Part shown: one piece after another, positions 50,416 through 59,908 of the stretch
Numbering within the stretch: the first letter of the stretch is position 1
Layout of the letters: each line of letters opens with the position of its first letter
Origin: an uncultured Acidobacteriota bacterium
GTDB lineage: Bacteria > Acidobacteriota > UBA6911
Direction of reading: 5' to 3'
NCBI GenBank assembly: GCA_964481255.1
Contig: CAYZTZ010000003.1
Coordinates: 1,174-65,173, forward strand
Length of the DNA: 64,000 nt
Notes under the pieces: model-generated
The model's database searches: none
Told to the model about the DNA's origin: nothing
The model's input: the letters and a program-made list of their open reading frames with translations, nothing else
Translations under genes and position numbers: made by a program

Positions 50416-51246
50416 TCAGCCGGGGCGCCGGACGGGCTCCTGCGGATTCGAGCGCTGCCGGAGGGCCTCAAATAGAATAATCGCCCCGGCCATCGCCACA
50501 TTAAGAGATTCTACTCCCTCTGCCATCGGAATGCGTATCGCGGGACAGGAGGCGAATTCTTTCTCGACCACTCCGGCGCCTTCGCTCCCTAGCAGAATCG
50601 CGCAGGGGGCCCGCAGTTCCTGCCTGTCGTATGGAATGCCGCTTCGCGGGTCCGAGCGGAAAAGGCGGATGGACCAGCGGCGGCAATAGGCCAGAAAGTC
50701 TCCGGGATCTGTGTTTTCAACCAGGGGGATGTGAAAGAAGGCCCCGGCGCTCGAACGGATCGCCTTGGGGTTCCGGGCGGAAACGGTGCCCTTGGAGGTG
50801 CAGACCATTGTGGCGCCTGCGGCCGCCGCCGCCCGGATCAGCGTCCCGAGATTGCCGGGGTCCTGAATCCCGCACGCGTAGAGGATCAATGGATCGGGCC
50901 CGGGAGCAATTTCATCCAGGGACGGTTCGGGGACATGGACGACGGCGAGCGCCCCCTGAGGCGTTCGAACGTCCGAAAGCGACGCAAAGATCGCGTCGGG
51001 CACCCGGAAGAGGCGGATATTTCTCCGCGACCAGGCTTCGAGCAGGCTTCGTTCTCGCGCCGATGAGCCGAAGCTGTCCGAAAAGACCGCCGCCTCGACG
51101 ATGCAGCCTGAACGGAGGACCTCCTCCAGAACGCGGGTGCCTTCAGCCAGGACAAGCTCCGGCGGAATCCCGCGCGCCCGGGAGGCGATCGAGCGTATCT
51201 TCTTGAGCCAAGGGTTGTCTTTGCTTGCCAGCCTGGAGACTTTCAT
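50416..51246 (-). CDS. TrmH/SpoU-family RNA 2'-O-methyltransferase
   Basis: IQDPGNLGTLIRAAAAAG, LGSEGAGV and ESLNVAMAGAI are SPOUT motifs. Confidence 0.8.
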   Translation of the reverse strand: MKVSRLASKDNPWLKKIRSIASRARGIPPELVLAEGTRVLEEVLRSGCIVEAAVFSDSFGSSARERSLLEAWSRRNIRLFRVPDAIFASLSDVRTPQGALAVVHVPEPSLDEIAPGPDPLILYACGIQDPGNLGTLIRAAAAAGATMVCTSKGTVSARNPKAIRSSAGAFFHIPLVENTDPGDFLAYCRRWSIRLFRSDPRSGIPYDRQELRAPCAILLGSEGAGVVEKEFASCPAIRIPMAEGVESLNVAMAGAIILFEALRQRSNPQEPVRRPG

Positions 51247-52016
51247 CGGCTCGGGGAAACGGGTTCGATTCTTCCCCGAAGCACGCTGCCGAACAGAACG
51301 CGCGTCACGGGGAAGCTGCCGTTGGTCAGGATCAGGGAAGCCAGATTCCGGGCGTCGGCGTCCTGCGACGGATCATCCACTTTATTGATGAACGGGAGGA
51401 TGACCGAGCCCGGTTCCCAATATTTGCAGACGCCCCTGGGGTGCATCAGGATGTGCGCGGCGAGCTCCGGGGTGATGATGTCGCCCTCCCGCAGCGAAAA
51501 ACGGTCGGCCAGTTCCCGGAAGCGGAACAGGACCGCGGGGCCCAGGGGCCGGTGCAGGCAATCGATTCCGAGGACGGGAACCAGGTATTCCGCGTTTCGC
51601 ATCGGCACCGGTTCGCCGTCCCCGGGTATTTTGATGGAATAACCGGCCGCGCCGTCGGCTTCGTTGAGAAGGATCGCGAAAAGCGATCGGTCCACCGCGT
51701 CGCAAAAATCCGGGGGCACGCCGCGCAGCAGGTTCGGGCTCATGAAGCTGCGGGCGACGATCAGCTTATAGGGAAGGCCGGCGCACTCGCATGCGGCGCG
51801 CTGTATCATGAGCTGGAGAAGGGGGATATTTTCGCTTGCTATCAGGACGCACTTCTCGCGGGCGTCCGGCGGATGGATCCTTGTCGTGGTTGTGCCCAAA
51901 ACCGGCCCGGAGGCGGAGTATTCCTCCATGAGCCGATGAATCAGGGCCGTCTTTCCGCCGCCGCCGACGATGTTGACCAGGGAATGGGGCTTAAAAGCGA
52001 ACAGTGCCGAGAACAA
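51243..52016 (-). CDS. YqeC-like P-loop protein (putative selenium-dependent hydroxylase accessory family)
   Basis: VNIVGGGGKTALIHRL ... GTTTTRIHPP resembles the YqeC signature. Start moved to TTG 52016 (AAGGGA upstream, 4 nt after the GT2 stop) because the ATG at 52127 would overlap GT2 by 107 nt. Confidence 0.55.
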   Translation of the reverse strand: MFSALFAFKPHSLVNIVGGGGKTALIHRLMEEYSASGPVLGTTTTRIHPPDAREKCVLIASENIPLLQLMIQRAACECAGLPYKLIVARSFMSPNLLRGVPPDFCDAVDRSLFAILLNEADGAAGYSIKIPGDGEPVPMRNAEYLVPVLGIDCLHRPLGPAVLFRFRELADRFSLREGDIITPELAAHILMHPRGVCKYWEPGSVILPFINKVDDPSQDADARNLASLILTNGSFPVTRVLFGSVLRGRIEPVSPSR

Positions 52017-52020
52017 GCGG

Positions 52021-53022
52021 CTATCCCTTTCTGCATGGCGTTTCCGCTTCGCGCGGGCCGGCGGAGGCCTTCCCCTCGATGTTCCGAGTGCTTCGTATAA
52101 TGTAGGGCGCCTTGCCCTGCGACTCAAAATAGGTCCGGATCACCAGTTCCGCGACGAATCCCATCAGAACAAACTGAACGCCCACCAGAAAAAGAAGGAC
52201 TGCGAGAAGCAGGAGAGGGTTTCTGTGGGCTTTGACGCCTTGCCAGTATTTTTCAAACAGGGTCACCAGGGCGAATAGGAACCCCGCGGCGCAGGACAGC
52301 AGTCCGGCGCCGCCGAAGAAGTACATGGGCTTCGTGGAGTAGCTTCCGAGCATCTTAACCGTGATCAGGTCCATGAGGACCCTGAAGGTGCGCGACAGCC
52401 CGTATTTGCTGGCCCCGCGGCTGCGGGGGTGATGACGGACGGGGATCTCCGCGACCTTCGCCCCCGCCCATGAGGCGTAAATGGGGATGAAGCGGTGCAT
52501 CTCCCCATAAAGCCGAATGTGTTCGACGACTTCGCGCCGGTATCCCTTGAGGGTGCATCCGTAGTCGTGCAGATGCACGCCGCTGATCCGGGAGATGAGC
52601 CCATTGGCCACCCGGGACGGCAGCCTGCGGGTCAGCCACGGATCCTGGCGCTCTTTCCGCCAGCAGCTGACCACGTCATACCCTTCGCGAAGCGTATCCA
52701 GAACGGCGGGAATGTCGCGGGGATCGTTCTGCAAATCGGCGTCGATCGGGACCAGGATGCTTCCCGTCGCATAGTCGAACCCGGCGGCCATGGCCGCCGT
52801 CTGGCCGAAGTTCCTGCGGAAGCGGATCACACGGATGCGGGGATTCACCGACGGCAGCGTCTCAAGATACTCGGCGCTCCCGTCGGTGCTCCCGTCGTCG
52901 ACGAAGAGAACCTCGTAATCCTCCCCGGTCGGGTCCATGGCCTGGAGGATCGCCTCAAGGAGCGGTCCCAGATTGTCCCGCTCGTTGTAAACCGGGACGA
53001 TGATGGAGATCTTCTCGCTCAT
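52021..53022 (-). CDS. family 2 glycosyltransferase (polyprenyl-phosphate sugar synthase, ArnC/Dpm1-like)
   Basis: MSEKISIIVPVYNERDNL, VLFVDDGSTDGS and IDADLQNDP, with two C-terminal TM helices. Confidence 0.85.
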   Translation of the reverse strand: MSEKISIIVPVYNERDNLGPLLEAILQAMDPTGEDYEVLFVDDGSTDGSAEYLETLPSVNPRIRVIRFRRNFGQTAAMAAGFDYATGSILVPIDADLQNDPRDIPAVLDTLREGYDVVSCWRKERQDPWLTRRLPSRVANGLISRISGVHLHDYGCTLKGYRREVVEHIRLYGEMHRFIPIYASWAGAKVAEIPVRHHPRSRGASKYGLSRTFRVLMDLITVKMLGSYSTKPMYFFGGAGLLSCAAGFLFALVTLFEKYWQGVKAHRNPLLLLAVLLFLVGVQFVLMGFVAELVIRTYFESQGKAPYIIRSTRNIEGKASAGPREAETPCRKG

Positions 53023-53999
53023 GAAAACTCTTTTTCCATGGCCGCCAGCGGCTCGAGGTCGGAACGGTTCCGGAAAAATATGTACACGATGCCTCCCGGC
53101 AGGGAGGACAGCACGATCATAATCGAGGAAAGCAGTCCGAGGGCTATGCAGGACGCGGCCGGAACGCCGATCGACTGGAACAGGCTCATGAATGCATATT
53201 CCCTCAGTCCCATCCCGTTCAGGCTGATGGGGATCATGGAGATCAGGGTGATGACGGGGACGAATACGAAGAAATAGGCGAAAGGCACGTGCAGGCGCAG
53301 TCCGACCGCCAGGATCCATGTGGTGGAAATGACGATGAGCTGATTGATGAACGAAATGGCAAGCGACCAGACGAGCGCCGAGCGGTTGCGGCCCATGATC
53401 TGAAACGCCCCGGAAATCCTGTCGATTTTCGCCGCGATCCTCGAAAGCTTCAGGCGGAGGAGGAGACGGTTCAGCAGACGGTACAACGGCGGGGTGAAAA
53501 GCGCGACATTGCCGATGAGGAACGCGAAGAAGGCGCTCCACAGGATCAGGGACACGGGGATGCCGGGCACCGTCACGGGATAAATGGAAATGGCGACGCA
53601 GGCGATGATCATCATGGCCAGCATGCCCGCGTCCCGGTCCAGGAAAGTCGCGGCGAAACTCTGCGCATAGGCTTTCGAGGGCTTGCCGGCGTAGTACATC
53701 TTGACCACGTCGCCGCCGACCACCGTCGGGAAGGTCAGGTTGAAGAAAAGACCGATGCAATAGATGCCGAAGAGGTTGGCCACCGACGGCACCGCCATCA
53801 GGGGGCGCATCAGGATGCGCCATCGGAAAATACAGATAAAGTGGGCGATCCACAGGACCATGAATCCGGCGAGGAGCACCTCGGGTCTGGCGTTGCGCAG
53901 TGTGGCCCCGAACTGGTGAAAATCGATGGAACGGAAAATGTAAACGAAAAGCGCTGCCGTAACCGCTATCTTGATGCCGGCGTATAGTTTGGCTTTCAT
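53019..53999 (-). CDS. LPG_synthase_TM/UPF0104-like flippase-like membrane protein
   Basis: About 8 TM segments. N-terminus KIAVTAALFVYIFRSIDFHQF is typical of this family. ATGA overlap with the downstream GT2. Confidence 0.65.
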   Translation of the reverse strand: MKAKLYAGIKIAVTAALFVYIFRSIDFHQFGATLRNARPEVLLAGFMVLWIAHFICIFRWRILMRPLMAVPSVANLFGIYCIGLFFNLTFPTVVGGDVVKMYYAGKPSKAYAQSFAATFLDRDAGMLAMMIIACVAISIYPVTVPGIPVSLILWSAFFAFLIGNVALFTPPLYRLLNRLLLRLKLSRIAAKIDRISGAFQIMGRNRSALVWSLAISFINQLIVISTTWILAVGLRLHVPFAYFFVFVPVITLISMIPISLNGMGLREYAFMSLFQSIGVPAASCIALGLLSSIMIVLSSLPGGIVYIFFRNRSDLEPLAAMEKEFS

Positions 54000-55786
54000 G
54001 ACAGGGAACGGCCCCCGCGTTGGTCTTTCGCCGAATCCGGCCGATTGGACACCAAAAGCAGTTCCTCCTCAGGCAATGAATCCGCTCGCCGGAAAGCCCG
54101 CGTGCGCACCGCAAGACGCGGGCGGCGGTCCAGAACATGAAGAACGAGACGCCCGTCGGCGGCGAGGTCGCGGTAATCCTTATCGGTCAGAACGCAAAAA
54201 ACCCGCCGGCCGGACTGGAACCGGCGCCGCATCTCCTCCGGCCGGATCTCCTGAAAAATTGGGCGCCGCAGATAAAAGGCCATACTGGGCAGCGCCGTCC
54301 TGTAATAACCCGCCTCGTCGTTCTCCTGCCATCGGGACTCGATGAGGCTGCAGAAGTGCCTGACCGGCCGATAGGGCTCCAGCGCCGGCAGATAATACAG
54401 GGAGCATAACCCGTAGAGCATTGTCAGGAAAGCCGCCAGCCCCTGAAAACATCGCGCCGTGCGGCCGCCAAGCGCGCTCCCCGCCGTCAGGACCGCGGCC
54501 GCTCCGATGAGGAGCGACGGAGCATAGTGTAGCACGGGAGGAAGGTTCGGCAAAAAGGAGCGCAGGCCGGCCGGCAGAGGAAGAAAGGCCGCCAGGAGAA
54601 GAAGGGACAGGACAAGAAACGCCCGGGACCAGAGCGGTGAGGCGGACGGGGACGCCGGGCCGGACCCGGATTGCCCGGGATCCCGGATGTCTTTGCCGGG
54701 CGAGCCGGGTGCAAGACGTCGTTCCATGATAATGCCGGCAAGAAGAACGGCGGCTGCCGGATACAGCGGCGCGATGTAATACTCCTGCTTGTTCCGGGAT
54801 AGCGAAAACAGCAGAAACGTCAGCGCGCACCACGCGATCGGCAGACCGTAAGCCGGGCTTTTCAGAGGCGCCGTCCATTTGCGCCCCGCCCACAAGGCGT
54901 AGATCGCGAACAGGAACAGAACGGACCAGGGAAAAAAATCCATGGCGAAAACGGGAAGGTAATACAGGGGTCCCCGCGTCGGCCCCATGGAGGTGAGGGC
55001 GAATCGCTGCAGGTTATCCCGCATAAAAAACGGCGCAATATAGGTCCACCCGTGGGCTTTATAGATCAGCACGTGCCACGGGAGCACGACGGCGAGAAAT
55101 ATGCAAATCCCCATCCAGGGATGCGTCGCCGCAAAGCGGAACCTTCGAGCGTGGAGCGACCACGCGCCGTAGGCTCCGGCGGGAATAACGGCGGCGACGG
55201 GCCCCTTGGTCAGGAATCCCAGGGCGGCGCAAAAATAGACCATGGCCCAGTCCAGAGTCGTGTTCTTGCGCACGGCGCGCATGAGAAAAAACAGGACAGC
55301 CGTCAGGAAAAGAATCAGAAGGATGTCGATGGGCAGCCGGCGGGCCAGCACGAAAAAGCGCGGGGTGGTCGCCGTGACCGCCGCGGCCATGAGGGCGGCT
55401 GAAGGGCTGAACAGCATCCGGGCGATCCCATATACGAGGAACAGGGTCACGGTTGCCGCCGCCGCTCCGGGAATGCGCAGGGCGAATTCGCCGACCCCGA
55501 AAAGCTTATAGGAAAGCAGAACAGCCCAATAAGCCAGCGGGGGCTTTTGCGTGCGGGGCTCATTATTGAAGCGCGGGGCCAGGTAGTCGCCGGTAAGAAG
55601 CATTTCGCGCGGCGTTTCCGCGTAAAAAGCCTCGTTGGCGTCCCAGACTGAGGACTTGCCGAGGTTGATCCAGTACGGCAGGGCCGCGAAGAGAAGCAGG
55701 GCCGCGTGCACAACAGGGGCATGGAACAGGCGGCGGAACTTTCCCGTCCTTTTTCCGCCCGCTGAATGTCGGAGTTCAGGCGTCAT
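53996..55786 (-). CDS. GT39/ArnT-like polyprenyl-phosphate-dependent glycosyltransferase
   Basis: WDANEAFYAETPREML...PRFNNEPRTQKPPLAYW is the PMT_2/ArnT signature, in a protein with more than 10 TM segments. Confidence 0.8.
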   Translation of the reverse strand: MTPELRHSAGGKRTGKFRRLFHAPVVHAALLLFAALPYWINLGKSSVWDANEAFYAETPREMLLTGDYLAPRFNNEPRTQKPPLAYWAVLLSYKLFGVGEFALRIPGAAAATVTLFLVYGIARMLFSPSAALMAAAVTATTPRFFVLARRLPIDILLILFLTAVLFFLMRAVRKNTTLDWAMVYFCAALGFLTKGPVAAVIPAGAYGAWSLHARRFRFAATHPWMGICIFLAVVLPWHVLIYKAHGWTYIAPFFMRDNLQRFALTSMGPTRGPLYYLPVFAMDFFPWSVLFLFAIYALWAGRKWTAPLKSPAYGLPIAWCALTFLLFSLSRNKQEYYIAPLYPAAAVLLAGIIMERRLAPGSPGKDIRDPGQSGSGPASPSASPLWSRAFLVLSLLLLAAFLPLPAGLRSFLPNLPPVLHYAPSLLIGAAAVLTAGSALGGRTARCFQGLAAFLTMLYGLCSLYYLPALEPYRPVRHFCSLIESRWQENDEAGYYRTALPSMAFYLRRPIFQEIRPEEMRRRFQSGRRVFCVLTDKDYRDLAADGRLVLHVLDRRPRLAVRTRAFRRADSLPEEELLLVSNRPDSAKDQRGGRSLS

Positions 55787-55840
55787 CGGCTTGCTGGGGC
55801 CTCAGGGATCGGCGGCTCGCACCGCGCGGCCGCCGCATTA

Positions 55841-58342
55841 TTAAAAAAGCGACCGCTGCATTTCATCCAGGACCTCTTCGGCGGACCGCCGGCGCGGCCG
55901 TCCGGTCAGGTCGATATCTTTCTTTTCAAGGCGCTCCAGGATCTCGGAAGCCCTGTGCACCACTTCCCGGGGCATCCCGGCCAGGCGGGCCACTTCGATG
56001 CCGTAGCTTTTGTCGGCGGTTCCCGGCGTCACCTTGCGCAGGAAAACGATCTCTTTGCCGGCTTCCTGGGTCGCCATGCAGTAATTCTTTACTCCGGGAT
56101 GGACGCGCGACATTTTGGTCAGTTCATGGTAGTGGGTGGCGAAGAGAGTCTTGGCCCGGTGCGCAGCGTTTTGGACGAGATATTCGGCGATCGCCCATGC
56201 CAGGGAAAGGCCGTCAAAGGTCGCCGTGCCGCGGCCCACCTCGTCGAGCAGAATCAGGCTGCGCGGGGTGGCCGTGTTCAGGATATTGGCGGTCTCAATC
56301 ATTTCCACCATGAAGGTGGAGCGCCCGCGCGCCAGGTTGTCCGAAGCGCCCACGCGCGTATAAATCCGATCCACGCATCCCAGGCGCGCCTCCTTCGCGG
56401 GAACGAAGGAACCCATCTGGGCCAGGATGACGATAAGGGCCGTCTGCCGCAGGTAGGTGGATTTCCCCCCCATGTTCGGGCCGGTCAGAATCGTCAGCTG
56501 GTCGGTCGTCGAGTTCAGGTACAGGTCATTCGGGATGAAGGGGCGGCTTTGCAGCTCGACGACCGGATGGCGTCCCTGCCGGATATAGATCTCATCGCCT
56601 TCGGTCAGCACGGGCCGGACATAGTCGTGCTCGACGGCGACCTCCGCCAGGGCCGTGTAAACGTCCAACTCTCCCAGGAGACGGGCGGTCGCCTGGACCC
56701 GCGCGCCGTGGGCTCCGACGGCCCTGCGAACCTCGGCGAAAATCTCCTTTTCCAGCGCCGCGATGCGCTCCTCAGCCCCCAGGATCTTCTCCTCATATTC
56801 CTGAAGCTCCTGCGTCACGAAACGTTCGCAGTTTGCCAGGGTTTGCCTGCGGATATAGTGGGGGGGCACGAGAGCGAGGTTGGGCTTGGTCACCTCGATG
56901 AAATATCCGAAAACCTGGTTGAATTTCACCTTGAGGGACTGTATCCCCGTCTTCTGGCGTTCGCGCGTTTCCAGAGAGGCAATATATCCCTTTCCGCTGC
57001 GGCGTATGGAACGCAGCTCGTCCAGCTCGGGGGAATATCCGTCCCGCACGACACCCGGATCGTTCGGCGAAGCCGGCGGATCGTCGGAAATCGCGGACTC
57101 GATGAGGGCGACCGCGTCTTCAAGCGGATCGAGTTTTTCCCGGATCTCGCCGAGCCGTGGCGCCCGGAACTCCTCAAGCAGGGAGCGAAGGGAGGGTATA
57201 ACGCGCAGTGAATCGCGCAGGGCGAGAAGGTCGCGCGGCCCTGCGACGCCCAGGGTCACGCGGCTTATGAGACGCTCCAGGTCGTGAATTTCGCCCAGAC
57301 GGCCCGCGAGCCGCCCCCGGGACTGGATGCCGGAGACCAGGGCCTCGACGGCGTCCTGGCGACGCTCGATTTCCGCGACATCCAGAAGAGGCATCAGCAG
57401 CCAGGACTTCAGCAGGCGCGCCCCCATGCCCGTCCGGGTCCGGTCCAGAAAGGAGAGAAGGGAGCTTTTTTTGGAGCCGTCCACGGCTTGAACCAGCTCC
57501 AGGTTGGCGACCGTGGATGCGTCCAGCTTCATGAATTCGGACGGCTGGAAAAAGCGCAGGGCCGCGACCTTTCCGAGTTGCGCGAGTTGGGAGTCGCGCA
57601 GGTAGTGGATCAGGGCCCCGGCCGCACACAGGGACAGCGACTGGCCTGCCGCCCCGAAGCCTTCGAGACTTGCGACGTTGAAATGCTCCAGAAGAAGGCG
57701 CTGCGCGTAGTCGAGATTAAAAACCCAATCCTCGACAGGGCTGGCGACCCACGCGTCCGACCATTCGCGGATCAGCCTCTCATGGATTTCGCCGCCGGCC
57801 TGCGCGCCGAGGACAATCTCCCTCGGGGAGAATCGTGTCAGTTCATCGATCGCCTTTTGCCAGGCGTCGTCTCCCTGGAGCTCCACCGCAAGAAAATCCG
57901 CGGTCGAAAGGTCCATGAAGGCCAATCCAAAGCCCCGCTCGCCGGCATGCAGGCACGCCAGATAATTGTGGTCCTTGGGCTCCAGCAGCATTTCCTCTAC
58001 GACGGTTCCGGGGGTCAGGATCCTTGTGACCTCGCGCCGGACCAGTTTTTTGGCGGTCTTGGGATCCTCCACCTGCTCGCAGATGGCGACCTTGTACCCC
58101 TTTTTCATCAGACGCGCGATATAGCCGTCGACGGAGTGATAGGGAACGCCGCACATCGGGATGGGGGCTCCGGTCTTATCGCGGTTGCGGGAGGTGAGGG
58201 TGATCTCAAGCTCGCGGGACGCCACCACGGCGTCTTCGTAGAACATCTCGTAGAAATCGCCCAGACGGAAAAAGACCAGTTTGCCCGGGAAGCGGCGCTT
58301 GACCTCATGGTACTGCTTCATCATGGGGGTGAGGTCTTCCAT
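55841..58342 (-). CDS. mutS: DNA mismatch repair protein MutS
   Basis: TPMMKQYHEVK, FRLGDFYEMF, Walker A GPNMGGKST, DEVGRGT. Start placed at ATG 58342, which follows AAGGAA. Confidence 0.93.
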   Translation of the reverse strand: MEDLTPMMKQYHEVKRRFPGKLVFFRLGDFYEMFYEDAVVASRELEITLTSRNRDKTGAPIPMCGVPYHSVDGYIARLMKKGYKVAICEQVEDPKTAKKLVRREVTRILTPGTVVEEMLLEPKDHNYLACLHAGERGFGLAFMDLSTADFLAVELQGDDAWQKAIDELTRFSPREIVLGAQAGGEIHERLIREWSDAWVASPVEDWVFNLDYAQRLLLEHFNVASLEGFGAAGQSLSLCAAGALIHYLRDSQLAQLGKVAALRFFQPSEFMKLDASTVANLELVQAVDGSKKSSLLSFLDRTRTGMGARLLKSWLLMPLLDVAEIERRQDAVEALVSGIQSRGRLAGRLGEIHDLERLISRVTLGVAGPRDLLALRDSLRVIPSLRSLLEEFRAPRLGEIREKLDPLEDAVALIESAISDDPPASPNDPGVVRDGYSPELDELRSIRRSGKGYIASLETRERQKTGIQSLKVKFNQVFGYFIEVTKPNLALVPPHYIRRQTLANCERFVTQELQEYEEKILGAEERIAALEKEIFAEVRRAVGAHGARVQATARLLGELDVYTALAEVAVEHDYVRPVLTEGDEIYIRQGRHPVVELQSRPFIPNDLYLNSTTDQLTILTGPNMGGKSTYLRQTALIVILAQMGSFVPAKEARLGCVDRIYTRVGASDNLARGRSTFMVEMIETANILNTATPRSLILLDEVGRGTATFDGLSLAWAIAEYLVQNAAHRAKTLFATHYHELTKMSRVHPGVKNYCMATQEAGKEIVFLRKVTPGTADKSYGIEVARLAGMPREVVHRASEILERLEKKDIDLTGRPRRRSAEEVLDEMQRSLF

Positions 58343-58507
58343 CGCGTTCCTTTCAAAACCCGGCATGTGCGAACCATGGCCGCGCGGACGCTCCCGCGGC
58401 CTGATGCAACGCTTGGACCGATTGCGAGGGGGAACTTGCACGGCGCGCGGATGAACAGGGCGCCCGCGGATCCCTTCGCCGAAGGTGCCGGCTCCGGACA
58501 CAAATCC

Positions 58508-58536
58508 TTGTATATAAAGAGGCTGCAGTATATAAT
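58508..58536 (+). promoter_or_regulatory. sigma70-like promoter (TTGTAT-N17-TATAAT) upstream of tsaB
   Basis: TTGTAT at 58508-58513 and TATAAT at 58531-58536, an AT-rich island in the mutS/tsaB divergent spacer. Confidence 0.35.
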
Positions 58537-58555
58537 CCGCTCCCTTTAATTGTCA

Positions 58556-59266
58556 ATGACGATGCGTTCGAGATTCGCGCCCAGAATACTGGCTTTCGAT
58601 ACCGCCTCTGCACGCTCCCACGTGGTCCTGATGGAGGGGCGCGACGTGGCCGGCGAACTCCGGCTGAACGCGCCCGAAACGCATTCGACGGTTCTGCTGA
58701 GCTCCATCGATTTTTTGCTGGGACGTTTGGGATGGACGCTGCGGGATGTGGCGCTGGTGGTGGCGGGGACCGGGCCCGGATCGTTCACGGGGATTCGCAT
58801 CGGCATGGCGACGGCATTGGGGATCGCGCAGTCCCTCTCGATCCCGATGGCGGGCGTCTCCAGCCTGGACGCTCTGGCGCATCAGGTCGCGTCGACAAAG
58901 GGGCGGGTCGCGGTCCTTCTGGATGCCCGGCGGTCCCAGGTGTTCTACCGGGAATACGTCTGCGGCCTGGGCAGGATCCGCCCGGTCCAGAAGCCAACGC
59001 TTCTTTCCGTTTCGGATCTTGAACATTGTCTCGCAGGCAGGCATTTATATATGGTCGGGGACATGGGGATTTTTCGATCCGAACGGGTTGGAGCGCCGGC
59101 CTGCGGCTGGCCCCGATGGATCGACGCGGATCTGTTTCTGGCGGACGACATGGCCCGTCTGGCCCTGTCGAAAAAGCGCACCTGGCGATCCGGCGATTTT
59201 TTAACGTTTGAACCTTTGTATATAAGGCCTCCGGATGCTCTCAAAAGCCGACCTCGAAAACGCTGA
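58556..59266 (+). CDS. tsaB: tRNA t6A37 biosynthesis protein TsaB
   Basis: ILAFDTA and GPGSFTGIRIG motifs. The start is ambiguous: TTG 58550, or ATG 58556/58562. Confidence 0.85.
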   Translation: MTMRSRFAPRILAFDTASARSHVVLMEGRDVAGELRLNAPETHSTVLLSSIDFLLGRLGWTLRDVALVVAGTGPGSFTGIRIGMATALGIAQSLSIPMAGVSSLDALAHQVASTKGRVAVLLDARRSQVFYREYVCGLGRIRPVQKPTLLSVSDLEHCLAGRHLYMVGDMGIFRSERVGAPACGWPRWIDADLFLADDMARLALSKKRTWRSGDFLTFEPLYIRPPDALKSRPRKR

Positions 59267-59273
59267 GCGCGCG

Positions 59274-59732
59274 ATGCATTACTATTTGGCGCGCCTGTCT
59301 GTAAACGATATCCCGTCGCTCGAGCCTCTGGAGGACGAGGTCGGGCTGTCATTCTGGGGCCGGGACAATTACCGGAGGTTTCTGGAGGATTTCCCCGAAT
59401 ACTTCGGCTGCAAGGCCATGGCGCAGACGGGGACGGGTCCGGCAAGCCTTGCGGGGTTCGTTTTCGCCCGCTCGGTCAGCGAGAACCTTGAGATACTCAA
59501 GCTCGGAGTTCTCCCAGTGTGCCAGCGCCGGGGCATCGGGACACAACTGATGGAGAACGCCTACGCCGAAGGCATCCGGCGCGGCTGCAGCCGGTGCTTC
59601 CTGGAAGTTAGGAAATCCAATCTCAAAGCCATTCAATTCTATTACCGCCAGGACTTCCGGGTCGCCGGGACGCGCCTCAACTACTACACCGATCCGGTCG
59701 AGGACGCCTGGATCATGGAGCGTCGATTATAG
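59274..59732 (+). CDS. rimI: ribosomal-protein-alanine N-acetyltransferase (GNAT)
   Basis: VLPVCQRRGIGTQLM is the GNAT acetyl-CoA motif. Conserved tsaB-rimI adjacency. An alternative ATG lies at 59235. Confidence 0.8.
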   Translation: MHYYLARLSVNDIPSLEPLEDEVGLSFWGRDNYRRFLEDFPEYFGCKAMAQTGTGPASLAGFVFARSVSENLEILKLGVLPVCQRRGIGTQLMENAYAEGIRRGCSRCFLEVRKSNLKAIQFYYRQDFRVAGTRLNYYTDPVEDAWIMERRL

Positions 59733-59908
59733 AGTTTCCGGGCCGGGGCCGGTTTCGCCGCCGGAGTTCCGGTCGGACGCCCCGAGGCCCTCGCCATCGC
59801 GAAGGCCGCATCGAAAAAGCTTTGGTCGCGATGGCATTTTAGCTATTATACCTGCCTGTCGGCAGGGGACTTGGAGTTGGCGGCTATAACCCCGAAGGAG
59901 GTCGAGTC

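Noticed and set aside
52017-52127. The ATG at 52127 as the start of the yqeC-like gene.
   Set aside because: It would overlap the 3' end of the GT2 gene by 107 nt and add an Arg-rich N-terminus. A TTG at 52016 with an AAGGGA Shine-Dalgarno fits the family N-terminus better (about 15 aa before GGGGKT).
53023-54138. The N-terminal 372 aa of the 705-aa ORF that ends as the GT2 glycosyltransferase.
   Set aside because: This part reads out of frame across the LPG_synthase_TM-like membrane gene (53019-53999) and is Arg/Pro/His-rich. The GT2 homology begins at MSEKISIIVPVYNE (start 53022).
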